From an uncultured delta proteobacterium (GTDB lineage: Bacteria; Desulfobacterota; Desulfobacteria; Desulfobacterales; B30-G6): a DNA stretch of 64,000 nt. The stretch covers positions 1,824,001 to 1,888,000 of the forward strand of contig CAWGLD010000001.1 of the NCBI GenBank assembly GCA_963823335.1, read 5' to 3'. Below are positions 18,099 to 29,295 of the stretch, one piece after another; position 1 is the first letter of the stretch; the number at the start of each line of letters is the position of its first letter. The notes below the pieces were generated by a model, which saw only the letters and a list, made by a program, of their open reading frames with translations, had not been told where the DNA came from and made no database searches. The position numbers were made by a program, and so were the translations under genes.

Positions 18099-19223
18099 AT
18101 GAAAGAGATTAAGACAGTCGGGATTATCGGATTTGGTGTTATGGGAGCGGCCATCGGTATGAATGCGGCCATGTCGGGATACCGGGTGGTGTTCAAGGAA
18201 CTCAATGATGAACTGGTGCAGAGCATGTTTGACAAGTGGGTCGTCAAATCACTTGAAAAGCGGGTGGCACAGGGAAAAACAGCCCAGGCGGACATGGATG
18301 CCATAACGGGAATGATCATCGGAACCAGTCGTTATGAAGACCTTTCAGACTGTGATCTCATCATAGAAGCAGCCATAGAAAAGATGGACCTGAAAATACA
18401 GATATTTGAGGACCTGTCTTCAATTTGTCGGGAGGATGCAATCCTGGTCAGCAACACCTCGACGTTTCTGATTGAGACCCTCATGGCCAAGGCGACCCAT
18501 CAAGAGCGAACCGCAGGCTTGCATTATTTCTTTCCAGCCAATATCAATCGGCTGGTGGAAGTGATTCGCCAGAAAAATACCAGCGATGACACCTATCAGG
18601 CTCTGATGACATTTGCTGAAAAATGCCGCAAGACAGCCATTACGGTAAAAGATTTTCCCGGTTTTGCCATTAACCCGCTATTTATTTCCAGCTATATGGT
18701 GCTGGACTCATTTCTGGGCCAACCCTATAATGTCGCCACCCTGGAAAGTATATCCCAGGAAGCACTCAATGTTCGCTATGGTATCATGTGGGTTCAAAAC
18801 GGATCAGGACTGGGGACCTGCTACCACGCAGGCGTGTCCATGTTCGACTACCTGAACGGATCGGATCTCGGTTATCCAAAAGTGCCGGATCAGCTCAAGA
18901 CACAATTTGAAAGCGGCACCCCATGGAACCTGACGGATGGTGAGGTCATGGCGGATCAGCAAGCCAGGGACCTGGTCAAAGACCGTCTCCTGGGAAATGT
19001 TTTCACCATAGCGACCCATCTGGTGGAAAATGATGTGGTTTCAGTGACAGATCTGGAACTGGGTGTCTGTACGGCCTTGGCATGGCCAAGAGGACCCTTT
19101 GGTATGATGAACGATCTGGGCATGGAAGAGACGACCCGCTTGGTTCAGCAGTCCGTGGCCGTGGGGGACTACAAGATGCCCAAAAGATTTCAGGCAGGCA
19201 TACCGGAGGCCTGGAAACTATAA
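18099..19223 (+). CDS. 3-hydroxyacyl-CoA dehydrogenase family protein
   Basis: GFGVMG, IIEAAIE, SNTST, GLHYFFP...LVEV and PGF. Confidence 0.88.
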   Translation: MKEIKTVGIIGFGVMGAAIGMNAAMSGYRVVFKELNDELVQSMFDKWVVKSLEKRVAQGKTAQADMDAITGMIIGTSRYEDLSDCDLIIEAAIEKMDLKIQIFEDLSSICREDAILVSNTSTFLIETLMAKATHQERTAGLHYFFPANINRLVEVIRQKNTSDDTYQALMTFAEKCRKTAITVKDFPGFAINPLFISSYMVLDSFLGQPYNVATLESISQEALNVRYGIMWVQNGSGLGTCYHAGVSMFDYLNGSDLGYPKVPDQLKTQFESGTPWNLTDGEVMADQQARDLVKDRLLGNVFTIATHLVENDVVSVTDLELGVCTALAWPRGPFGMMNDLGMEETTRLVQQSVAVGDYKMPKRFQAGIPEAWKL

Positions 19224-19227
19224 ATAA

Positions 19228-19317
19228 TAGACTGTAGGTGTTTAGACTATTAGGCTTATAGCAGCCTACAGCCTAACAGTCTAACAGTCTAACAGTCTAA
19301 TAGCCTAAAAGCCTAAT
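19228..19317. repeat. Head-to-head 8-mer microsatellite (CAGYCTAA); related tracts at 34395-34452 and 60333-60396
   Basis: TAGACTGTAGG...TTAGGCT followed by AGCCTACAGCCTAACAGTCTAACAGTCTAA. Confidence 0.8.
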
Positions 19318-20106
19318 ATGTCAGACTATTATCAGATCCTGGGGGTCTCGACCGATACGGAACCGGAGAAAATCAAGCAGGCATACCGGGACCTTGCGTT
19401 CAAATACCATCCAGACCGCAACAAGGAACAGCCCGAAACAGCTGAAAAGATGAAACAGATCAATGAGGCTTACGCGGTGCTTTCCAATGCCCAAAAACGT
19501 CGTGAGTATGACTCCCTGCGCCAAACGTTCGGCTCGTCGGCCCGTCATCGATTCCGCCAGAACTATACTGAACAGGATATTTTCAGCGGTTCGGATATCC
19601 ACAGGATTCTGGAGGAAATGGCCAAATCCTTTGGTTTTCGAGGGTACCATGACATTTTCAGGGAATTTTACGGCAAAGGATATCAAACCTTTGAAATTAA
19701 ACGACCCGGTTTTTTCATGGGGGGCTTTATTTTTTCGGGGCCCATGGGCAGGCGTCATGCTCCCGCAGGACGTCTGCCTTTTGCCGGGCGTTCCTTTCTG
19801 CGCCTGGCTCGGCATGCTTTTGAAAGGCTATCCGGTTTGAGCCCCCAGACAAAAGGAAGGGATCTTTACGAGGTGATCCATATCGACACCGCTCTTGCGC
19901 AAACGGGCGGACCCTATGCGTTCTATCATCGGAAACAGTCTAAAAAGCTCGTGATCACAATTCCCGGCGGCGTGCGGGACGGCCAGAAAATTCGACTGGC
20001 GGGTATGGGAGAAAACGGAAAGAGCGGCGCCGTGCCGGGCGACCTGCTTCTTAAAGTACGCCTTAAGAAACCGTTGCTGGAACGTATCAGACAGCTCATC
20101 TCATAA
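19318..20106 (+). CDS. DnaJ/CbpA-like J-domain chaperone
   Basis: DYYQILGV, HPD motif, and C-terminal IPGGVRDGQKIRLAGMG...GDL. Confidence 0.92.
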   Translation: MSDYYQILGVSTDTEPEKIKQAYRDLAFKYHPDRNKEQPETAEKMKQINEAYAVLSNAQKRREYDSLRQTFGSSARHRFRQNYTEQDIFSGSDIHRILEEMAKSFGFRGYHDIFREFYGKGYQTFEIKRPGFFMGGFIFSGPMGRRHAPAGRLPFAGRSFLRLARHAFERLSGLSPQTKGRDLYEVIHIDTALAQTGGPYAFYHRKQSKKLVITIPGGVRDGQKIRLAGMGENGKSGAVPGDLLLKVRLKKPLLERIRQLIS

Positions 20107-20117
20107 TAAAACGCGGT

Positions 20118-21059
<942 letters not shown>

Positions 21060-21223
21060 TCATATTCTATTTTTCCTCGCTTATAAGCTATTTTTTGCAT
21101 CTGTGCAAGCCGTGCGAAATATGCCATTGTCGAAAGACCGTATTTGGTATATGACCACCGTAGTCAAAACGATGTTTGAGATAGCTTCTAAGTATCATAG
21201 AGAAAATATCGGAATACGATGCA

Positions 21224-22984
21224 ATGAGAGAAAAGAAGAAAAGTCTGGTCGATGTGATCATGGTAAACATGCTGTTAATGATCAGCCTTCCTCTGATTCT
21301 TATGGGTGTTATCGCTGTTTTCGGCGAGTATCATTTTTTCCGTCAGGAACGCGATGACATTAAAAAGGCCTATATCCTGGAGCAGGAAGCGATTTTCAAG
21401 CACGAAGTTGAGAAAGCCATCGACTATATTCGGTGGACACGCAAACAGCATGGGTCTTCTGGTGATGAACAGGAATCCGAGATGCTGAGCTGGATATCCA
21501 GGATACGGTTTCATAACAAGGGCCGGCTACCTGGATTCCTGTTCGTAAGAACCCTCGATGGTACTCAGCTCATGAGCATCAGCCGTCCCGAACTCATCGG
21601 CAAAGACATTTCGCTTCTGACAGATCCCGAGGGTATTAATTCGCACCAGCTCTTTTTGAAAGCCATCGATAATCCCGGGGGAGGGTTTGTCGATTATTCG
21701 TGGTTCAATCCCAGCACACGGAAAGTGGAGTTGAAACGATCTTTTGCCAAAAGCGTACCTGAGCTGGGGTGGTATGTTGGCGCAGGTTTCTGGTTTGGTG
21801 ATATCAAACGGGTCATTTTCGATAAGCAACTGGATTTCAGAAACAAGGTCATGAAGGAAGTTTCGACCATTTCTCTGCTCCTTTCGGCCATGTTCCTGGT
21901 CCAGTACCTGGTGTACCGCGTGATGATGCGCAAAATTCGGGGCAATTTTCATCAGTTTGTCGAGTTTTTCAATACATCGACCACGGCTGCTGCCATGATG
22001 GACACGACTAACCTCAATTATTCAGAGTTTGTCAACACGGCCAAATCCGCCAACCAGATGATACAGGATCGGGATTCAGCCGAACAGGCATTGCGTGACA
22101 GCGAGAACCGTTACCGGTCAATTATCGAAAACATCGATGAAGGGTATTTTGAAGTGGATCCGGACGGGAACATCACCTTTGTCAATGAGCGCATGGGCGA
22201 TATTATGGGGTATTCCAGGGAAGAACTGACCAAAATGAACAGTGCGGATATGCTGGAGGAGAAGGATGTAGAAAAAGTGTTCGAGCATTTTGCAGATGTC
22301 TACAATACTGACGCTCCGCAACCGGAATTCACCTGTCTGATCAAGCGTAGGGATGGAACGTGGAAATTTGTGGGTCTCACACCTACGGTCATTAAGGACA
22401 CTCAGGGGAGAAAAATAGGCTTGCGCAGTATTGTCAGAGATGTGGACAGACAAAAGAAATATGAAGAGAACCTGATCTATCTGGCATACCATGATGCACT
22501 GACGGGATTGAAGAACAGGAAGGCGTTCTATGAGCAGTTACAGGACGCTATTTACCACGCCAAACGGTATGGCACTGAACTTGCTTTGATCTATATCGAT
22601 ATCGACAAATTCAAGAAAGTCAACGACACCCTGGGGCATGAAATCGGTGATGTGCTATTGCTGGAGATCCGGGACCGGCTGCAGAACACGCTGCGTAAAA
22701 CCGATTTTGTATCACGAATCGGCGGCGATGAATTTGTCGTTCTGGTGGACAACCCGCATAATTTCCATCCCGCAGCCATCGCAGAAAAAATAGTCAAAAG
22801 TCTCTCAGAACCGTATGATCTCAAGGGCAATATTATCGATTACATTTCCTCCAGTGTCGGCATCAGTGTTTTCCCCACCGATGCTGTAGACATAGACAGC
22901 CTGGTCAAAAAGGCGGATCAGGCCATGTACATGGCCAAGGAAAAGCGCAATGGTTATGTCAGCTACGCGGAAGCTAACAAATGA
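21224..22984 (+). CDS. Membrane diguanylate cyclase (Cache-PAS-GGDEF)
   Basis: Two TMs flanking a Cache-like domain, a PAS domain, DALTGLKNR and RIGGDEF. Confidence 0.92.
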   Translation: MREKKKSLVDVIMVNMLLMISLPLILMGVIAVFGEYHFFRQERDDIKKAYILEQEAIFKHEVEKAIDYIRWTRKQHGSSGDEQESEMLSWISRIRFHNKGRLPGFLFVRTLDGTQLMSISRPELIGKDISLLTDPEGINSHQLFLKAIDNPGGGFVDYSWFNPSTRKVELKRSFAKSVPELGWYVGAGFWFGDIKRVIFDKQLDFRNKVMKEVSTISLLLSAMFLVQYLVYRVMMRKIRGNFHQFVEFFNTSTTAAAMMDTTNLNYSEFVNTAKSANQMIQDRDSAEQALRDSENRYRSIIENIDEGYFEVDPDGNITFVNERMGDIMGYSREELTKMNSADMLEEKDVEKVFEHFADVYNTDAPQPEFTCLIKRRDGTWKFVGLTPTVIKDTQGRKIGLRSIVRDVDRQKKYEENLIYLAYHDALTGLKNRKAFYEQLQDAIYHAKRYGTELALIYIDIDKFKKVNDTLGHEIGDVLLLEIRDRLQNTLRKTDFVSRIGGDEFVVLVDNPHNFHPAAIAEKIVKSLSEPYDLKGNIIDYISSSVGISVFPTDAVDIDSLVKKADQAMYMAKEKRNGYVSYAEANK

Positions 22985-23062
22985 TGCTCAGGGCGACACC
23001 TGCTATCATTATAATATACTTGACAATTATTAATAACTATACTAAATAATTAAAAAATTCCG

Positions 23063-23148
23063 CTGCACAAGGGCGTGTGGTCGGGGCTATAAAAGAGACA
23101 AAGGCGTCTGGTTCTGTGTATGCACAGGACGGCGCCTTTCTTTGTTTT
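23063..23148 (+). promoter_or_regulatory. ANTAR-type dual hexaloop hairpin leader overlapping an intrinsic terminator
   Basis: GCAC-AAGGGC-GTGT and AGAC-AAAGGC-GTCT, both with loop A1 and G4. The second hairpin overlaps terminator AAAGGCGTC...GGCGCCTTT-CTTTGTTTT. A TTGACA lies at 23020. Confidence 0.8.
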
Positions 23149-23192
23149 ACGAACGCCTATAACCACAAGAACATCAGACCAAGGAGAGCAAC

Positions 23193-24845
23193 ATGAGATT
23201 TGTAAAATCAAACGATGTACTGGGAACCACCAACAGGGGAAACCCTACGGAATCAGGGTTGTGCACTTTGTGCCGGGCCGACTGCCAGGGCAAGTGTGAA
23301 GTCTGGCTGTCAAGCCTTGTGGGCCGGAAACTCCTCTATCCACGCAGCTACGGTATCGTGACGGCCGGAGCCAACAATACGACACATGTGGGCGTTTCCT
23401 ATAATTCTCTTCGCATTCAGGGATATGCGTATGGATCTCATGGTCTGAACAGTCGACTGACCAGCGATCCGGATGACTGCATCTTTCCCAACGTGAAGCT
23501 CGAAACGGAATTTGGCAACGAGATCAAGACCAAGGCGCGTATACCGCTCATGACCGGAGCCCTTGGGTCCACCTTTGTGGCGGCCAAGTACTGGGAATCT
23601 TTTGCGGTTGGTGCAGCACTGGCCGGAATTCCTGTTGTAATCGGGGAGAACGTTGTGGGTGTCGATCTGGAGTCGGAAATCGATCCTTCAACGGAAAAGA
23701 AAGGCAAAATTAAAAAGGCACCTGAGCTGGAGCGGCGCATTGACAGCTACTTCAGATATTTCGACGGGTATGGCGGGCTTTTCGTGCAGTTGAACGTGGA
23801 GGATACCCGTAATGGGGTGGCGGAATTTGTGGCCGACAAATACGGGGACAAGTGTATCATCGAGTTGAAATGGGGACAGGGGGCCAAGGATATCGGTGGT
23901 GAGATCCAGGTCACGAGTCTCGAATATGCCCAGTTCCTGCAGGACAGGGGCTATGTGGTGGACCCGGATCCCTCGCTTCCGGAGGTCCAGAAGGCCTTCG
24001 AAACACGCTCGGTCAAATCGTTTGCCCGGCACAGCCGGCTGGGGGGTACCAACCTTTCTACGGTGGAGAAGGTCCGTGAGGACTTCATGAGCTCGGTTGT
24101 CTATCTACGAAGTCTTGGTTTTAAGCGCGTATCTCTCAAAACCGGTTCCTACGGCATGGAAGAGCTGGCCATGGCCATCAAATTCGCAACCGATGCCAAG
24201 CTGGATCTTCTGACCATCGACGGATCCGGGGGTGGTACCGGCATGAGTCCCTGGAACATGATGCAGAGCTGGGGTGTCCCTTCCATCAACCTGCACGCCA
24301 AGGCCTATGAATATGCCAACATATTGGCGGCCAAAGGGCACCGGGTGGTGGATATGTCGTTTGCCGGCGGGTTTGCCCAGGAAGACAGTATTTTCAAAGG
24401 TCTTGCACTGGGGGCACCGTATACCAAGCTGATCTGTATGGGGCGGGCACTTATGATACCGGGATTTGTGGGGGCAAACATTGAAGGTGCCCTGTTCCCT
24501 GAAAAAAGAGGAGACCTGAACGGCCACTGGGCAGAGCTTCCCAAGAGTGTCCTGAGGGTGGGAAATGCCGCCACGGAAATTTTTTCGTGCTACCATGACG
24601 TTGAAAAGAAACTCGGAAAAGATGAAATGACCCATGTCCCCTATGGTGCCCTTGCCATGGTTACCATGGTAGATAAGCTTTATGGTGGTCTGCAGCAGCT
24701 ATTGGCCGGTGCTCGCAAATTCGATGTCAAGAACATTGCCCGGGGGGATATTTTTTCCGGCAACCGGGAGACAGCCAGAGAAACCGGTATTGCACACATG
24801 TGCGATGCCAATGACGAAAGTGCAAAGAAGATACTCAATTCCTAA
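23193..24845 (+). CDS. FMN-binding glutamate synthase family protein (stand-alone synthase domain)
   Basis: ELKWGQGAKDIGG, TIDGSGGGTG and FAGG motifs. Confidence 0.88.
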   Translation: MRFVKSNDVLGTTNRGNPTESGLCTLCRADCQGKCEVWLSSLVGRKLLYPRSYGIVTAGANNTTHVGVSYNSLRIQGYAYGSHGLNSRLTSDPDDCIFPNVKLETEFGNEIKTKARIPLMTGALGSTFVAAKYWESFAVGAALAGIPVVIGENVVGVDLESEIDPSTEKKGKIKKAPELERRIDSYFRYFDGYGGLFVQLNVEDTRNGVAEFVADKYGDKCIIELKWGQGAKDIGGEIQVTSLEYAQFLQDRGYVVDPDPSLPEVQKAFETRSVKSFARHSRLGGTNLSTVEKVREDFMSSVVYLRSLGFKRVSLKTGSYGMEELAMAIKFATDAKLDLLTIDGSGGGTGMSPWNMMQSWGVPSINLHAKAYEYANILAAKGHRVVDMSFAGGFAQEDSIFKGLALGAPYTKLICMGRALMIPGFVGANIEGALFPEKRGDLNGHWAELPKSVLRVGNAATEIFSCYHDVEKKLGKDEMTHVPYGALAMVTMVDKLYGGLQQLLAGARKFDVKNIARGDIFSGNRETARETGIAHMCDANDESAKKILNS

Positions 24846-24883
24846 AAAGATGAGGGCCTGGATTTCCAGGCCCTCATCTTTTT
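24845..24883. terminator. Intrinsic terminator, probably bidirectional
   Basis: AAAAAGATGAGGGCCTGGA-TT-TCCAGGCCCTCATCTTTTT perfect inverted repeat. Confidence 0.85.
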
Positions 24884-25061
24884 ATCTTGCTGCTATTTCA
24901 GTTCAATTGCCCTGCCCTTCTTGACAATTTATAATCATTCCTTAGCATTATAAAATACCACTAAGTGGCAGTTTCCTATAAGCCATAACTACTAAAATCA
25001 GAATGTAACTACATGATATTTTAGATCTAATATCATGACAATCTTGTATTAGGAGGATCAT

Positions 25062-25358
25062 ATGATTATTCATCAGAGGGAAATCGGTTACGGAGAGAAT
25101 TACCCCATGTTTTTCGAGGCGCTTGTCAAGGCCAAGACATATCTGGAAAAAAAATATCCTGAAATATCGGTAGAACTCATGTACAACCTGGCAGGGCAGA
25201 GAGGCTATGCAACGATTCAGACGCGCTATGCTTCGCTGGCCGACTATGAGCGAATCGATGCTGAAGTAGACAACGATGAGGAATATTCGAAGCTGTTCGA
25301 GTCTATTATAGGCGCTGATGCGGACCTGCCCGTAGATCAGTTCTATCGCGTAATTTAA
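25062..25358 (+). CDS. Hypothetical protein, possibly a dimeric alpha-beta barrel
   Basis: AGGAGG RBS and 98-aa ORF; the fold is a guess from the sequence pattern. Confidence 0.7.
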   Translation: MIIHQREIGYGENYPMFFEALVKAKTYLEKKYPEISVELMYNLAGQRGYATIQTRYASLADYERIDAEVDNDEEYSKLFESIIGADADLPVDQFYRVI

Positions 25359-25487
25359 TCCCACAGCCAATTAAGACGATGGCGCATAACTGCATCGAGC
25401 TGGCGAACTGTCTCGTTTCTTCAGGTTCGATGCAATTGTGAAGTGAAAATGTCCTGCCATTCGTTCAACCAAGGAGAATATTGAATT

Positions 25488-26150
25488 ATGAGCTTACAAG
25501 AAAAACTGGATGCCCAGAGAAACCAATTTGAATCAAGCGTACCACCTGAAGCCTTGACGATTATGCATCGTTCTACCGGCGACCTGATACGTACGGGAAT
25601 TATGAAGCGTGTCTTGAAAGTGGGAGACAAAGCTCCAGAATTTTCACTTCCCGATCAAGACGGAATTCTGATCAACTCATCAGAGTTGCTGGGAGAAGGG
25701 CCTCTGGTCGTCAATTTTTACCGCGGCGTATGGTGACCGTATTGTAATCTGGAGCTGGAAGCTCTACAGAATGTTGCTTCCGATATCGATGCTCAGGGCG
25801 CTTCGATCATAGTGATTTCACCTCAGCTTGAGAAATTTTCAAAGCAGGTGATCAAGAAACACAACCTGACATTTCGTGTGATAGGTGATAAACAGAACAA
25901 GGTTGCAGAGCAATTCGGTCTTGTATTCCGTCTGCCTGATGATTTGCGTGAACTGTATCGTAATTTTGGGTTGGACCTCGAGAGATTCAACGGTGACGAC
26001 TCATGGACATTGCCGATGCCGGGTAGATTCATTCTGAGTCAAAAAGGAACAATCCTCAGTGCCCATGTAGATCCTGATTATACAAAAAGACCAGAACCAT
26101 CTGACATAATAAACATATTAAAATCAGCCGTGCTAAAACAGCAGCACTGA
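25488..26150 (+). CDS. AhpC/TSA peroxiredoxin-like selenoprotein (UxxC, Sec at TGA 25734-25736)
   Basis: Two ORF-track pieces in the same frame join as FYRGVW-U-PYCNLEL; a SECIS-like hairpin lies at 25749-25769. Confidence 0.88.
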
Positions 26151-26221
26151 TTGGAATATGCGGTGTCGTACGCCTTGCAGGACCAGGAAAATTAGATTAA
26201 CGGACAAGAAATGGCGGTGTA

Positions 26222-26845
26222 TTGAAAGGAGAAAAATTGAAGCTTTTGATAATTGGTGGCAAAGGCACAATTGGAAAAAAAGTGAGCGCTCATTTCTCAA
26301 GCAAACATGAAATTATTATTGCCGGTAGGAGTTCCGGCGATGTCACTGTAGATATTGCGGATCCCGAATCTATTAAAGCCATGTTTGAATCCATCGGAAA
26401 AATGGATGCCATTCTATGTATTGCAGGAGAAGCAAAATGGGCGCCATTTGATTCATTGACCGAGGAAGATTTCTATATCGGGCTGAGGAGTAAGTTGATG
26501 GGGCAGGTAAATCTCGTAAGAATCGGACAGGATTACTTGAACAGCAGAGGATCTTTTACGCTTACGACCGGGATACTGGCAGATTATCCCGTGCTTATGA
26601 CCACAAGTGCCGCCATGGTAAATGGTGGAATTCACAGTTTCGTTAAGGCCGCGGCCTTGGAATTGAAGAATGAACTTAGAATCAATGTGGTTTCATCTGG
26701 ATTGGTTGAAGATGCGCTGGAAAAATATGAGACCTATTTCCCTGGTCATAATCCCATACCTATGAAAAAAGTGATAAATGGGTATGTAAAAAGTGTTGAG
26801 GGGCAAGGAACCGGAGAGATAATCAGAATGTATGATAATTGCTAA
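26222..26845 (+). CDS. Short-chain dehydrogenase
   Basis: GGKGTIG, SKLMGQVNL and RINVVS. Confidence 0.88.
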   Translation: MKGEKLKLLIIGGKGTIGKKVSAHFSSKHEIIIAGRSSGDVTVDIADPESIKAMFESIGKMDAILCIAGEAKWAPFDSLTEEDFYIGLRSKLMGQVNLVRIGQDYLNSRGSFTLTTGILADYPVLMTTSAAMVNGGIHSFVKAAALELKNELRINVVSSGLVEDALEKYETYFPGHNPIPMKKVINGYVKSVEGQGTGEIIRMYDNC

Positions 26846-26863
26846 ACAGGATAAAGAATTGAC

Positions 26864-28096
26864 TTAGATCTTTTCGATAGCCTGAATCCGTTTCAATACC
26901 GGCGGGTGGGAGTACTTGAGAAAGACATAAAAAGGATGCGGGAGGAGATTCGACAGATTGTGGACAGACAGCTTTTTGAGCGCTTGTATCATGGCTACGG
27001 GGTTTTGGGTGGCCGTCACTGCAAACCTGTCGGCCTGGTATTCGTTGGACCGGGAACGGATCTGCATCAGTATACCGATAAAAAACTCCAGGGGCGCGAA
27101 GAGCATCCCGAAAAAGACGAGTCCTGCATAGACAGAGATGTGATTCATAAAGAAGGCTTCAAACAGGCTCGGATAAGTGATCATAAAAGAGAGCAGGAAA
27201 AACATGAGACCGGTTTGAAGTATCCCCAACAGCATTCCCTGGAGGATGTGCTTTTTTTTATAATGCCCCATTTCGTGGGCCAGGACCGCCACCAGTTCCG
27301 GGACCGTGTGCTGCTGGATGAGTGTGTCAAAGAGGACGATACGTTTGTTTTTGCCAAACCCGGTAAAAAAGGCATTTGATTTGCGGGAACGTTTGGAGCC
27401 GTCCATGGTATAGACTTGTTTCAGCGGAAATTGAATGGACTCGGCACAGGACAGAATGGCCGATTTGAGTTCCCCTTCCTCCAGGAGTTTGAACTTGTTG
27501 AAAAGGGGCATAATCCAGGTAGGGGCAACATACTGAATCACGAGCATGTAGAGAACCACAACGGCCCAGCAGTACACCCATGCATGGCTGCCGGCATATT
27601 CGAAAAATGCCAGGATACCCGCCAGGAGAGGGGCGCCCAGCAGGATAGCCAGCACCAGCCCCTTTAGCAGATCGAGCAGGTAGATTTTCCAGGTGGTTCT
27701 GTTGAACCCGAATCGTTCCTCGATGACGAATGTGGCGTAAATCGAGAAGGGCTGTGATAACAGCGCGTAGAGAAACATCAAGGTTCCTGTGTACATCAGA
27801 CCGGTCAATACAGGGCCTTTTCCAAAGGAACGAACCCAACTGTCGATGGCGGGAAACCCACCCAGGAACCAGAAGAAAAGCATAGCCACAAGGTTGACCA
27901 CGCCGGTCACCCACCCGAATCGGGTGTTGACACGCAGGTAGTCCTGTGATTTTCGATACTGATCGGCATCGTACACCCCCTGGAAAGGCTCGGGCAGTTC
28001 TGCCTGCAGCCTTCTCAGGTTGAGTATGTCCGCAACGATGTTGACAACGACATCCAAGACGATGGCGGCGAGTATGATCAATGCGATGGTGTTCAA
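26864..28096 (-). CDS. M48 family (Ste24-like) membrane zinc protease
   Basis: HEMGH, NAFFTG, EYQAD and SHPP motifs. Confidence 0.95.
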   Translation of the reverse strand: MNTIALIILAAIVLDVVVNIVADILNLRRLQAELPEPFQGVYDADQYRKSQDYLRVNTRFGWVTGVVNLVAMLFFWFLGGFPAIDSWVRSFGKGPVLTGLMYTGTLMFLYALLSQPFSIYATFVIEERFGFNRTTWKIYLLDLLKGLVLAILLGAPLLAGILAFFEYAGSHAWVYCWAVVVLYMLVIQYVAPTWIMPLFNKFKLLEEGELKSAILSCAESIQFPLKQVYTMDGSKRSRKSNAFFTGFGKNKRIVLFDTLIQQHTVPELVAVLAHEMGHYKKKHILQGMLLGILQTGLMFFLLSFMITYPSLFEAFFMNHISVYAGLVFFGMLFAPLEFFIGILMQIRSRSNEYQADRFAVTATQNPVAMIQALKKLSVHNLSNLLPHPFYVFLKYSHPPVLKRIQAIEKI

Positions 28097-28228
28097 TGGT
28101 TAGGACCCTTAGATTGGGGTATATACTTGGCTTAGGTAAAAATGTCCTGTGCTGATGCTCCAGGGGTCTCCTAACGCAAATGACACCCGCATGTCAAAGT
28201 TTTTTAACCTTTCAAGAGGTTTACTGAA

Positions 28229-28519
28229 ATGGAAAAAAACTATGTCGGTATTGAAAAGAGAGCGCACGCCCGGAAAAATTATCCCATGGATCACCGACCG
28301 ACCATCCGGATCGGTATTCAGGAGTTCGATGTCATCGATATTTCCGAAAGGGGCGTGCGATTCGTCAATGACAAGAAAATCATTCAGCAGGGATGGGTCA
28401 ACGGTACCATTATTTTCAGCGACAGGGTTCCCATCGATGTGGATGGTGTCATCGTCCGTGATGAAAATGGGGATATGGGTCTTCATCTGGTGGCCCCCAT
28501 TGACCCCAGTTTTGGCTGA
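28229..28519 (+). CDS. PilZ-domain protein
   Basis: EKRAHARK (RxxxR) and DISERG (DxSxxG). Confidence 0.78.
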   Translation: MEKNYVGIEKRAHARKNYPMDHRPTIRIGIQEFDVIDISERGVRFVNDKKIIQQGWVNGTIIFSDRVPIDVDGVIVRDENGDMGLHLVAPIDPSFG

Positions 28520-28560
28520 GTCTCCACCCACGAGATGGTTGGTCTCAAGACGCCCCTTCG

Positions 28561-29295
28561 ATGGGGGCTGAAATATCCAAATACATGCAGAAGAGAAAGG
28601 CATCCATGCAAGCCAGCCGGGTACCAAGACGTGTGTTGTTGTTTGTCCGGGCACCGGAATTGGGCAGGGTCAAGACGCGCCTGGAAAAAAAGATGGATGC
28701 CGCCACGGTTTGTAGACTCTACCAATGCTTTGTTCAGGACATCATCGAAACCTTGACCTCCGGCGGGCATGATCTGATTGTCTTTTTTACACCCCCGCAC
28801 AGGGGACCGGCAGTCCAGGCCTGGCTGGGAGACACGGTCCTTTTCCAGGCACAGACAGGGAAAAGCCTGGGTGACAGGATGCGAAATGCATTTTCAGATG
28901 TCTTTGCCGGCGATGTGGATCAGGCCGTACTGATAGGGAGTGATTTGCCGGACCTCGACAACCGTATCATTGAAACGGCATTCGAATATCTGAAACAAAA
29001 GGATTCGGTTATCGGGCCGGCGGAAGATGGGGGTTATTACCTGATCGGGTTGCGCAAGAATGTGTTTGACAATGACCTGTTTTCAGGCATCGACTGGGGG
29101 ACGGGGTCTGTATTCAGACAAACCATGGGGAAAATTCATGATGCACGTTTAAGCTGCCATGTCCTTCCGTCCTGGCATGACATCGACACCCATGACGATC
29201 TGGTGGCCTTTTATCGGCGTGGCAAAGCCAATGGGCTCACCCACCTGAAAACCATGAAATTTTTAAAGCAGCTCGATCTGATAGGATTCCAATGA
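28561..29295 (+). CDS. TIGR04282-family transferase (DUF2064, CofC-like)
   Basis: GRVKTRL, LGDRM, IGSDLP, GPAEDGGYYLIG and DIDT; start codon uncertain. Confidence 0.9.
   Translation: MGAEISKYMQKRKASMQASRVPRRVLLFVRAPELGRVKTRLEKKMDAATVCRLYQCFVQDIIETLTSGGHDLIVFFTPPHRGPAVQAWLGDTVLFQAQTGKSLGDRMRNAFSDVFAGDVDQAVLIGSDLPDLDNRIIETAFEYLKQKDSVIGPAEDGGYYLIGLRKNVFDNDLFSGIDWGTGSVFRQTMGKIHDARLSCHVLPSWHDIDTHDDLVAFYRRGKANGLTHLKTMKFLKQLDLIGFQ

Noticed and set aside
25384-25440. Integron attC site between AT-rich genes
   Set aside because: A hairpin beginning GCATAAC exists, but the right end reads ATTGTG rather than GTTRRRY; no second site and no integrase.
25488-26150. Pseudogene or two separate genes
   Set aside because: The single TGA falls exactly on the catalytic Cys position and is followed by a SECIS-like hairpin; selenocysteine is the better explanation.
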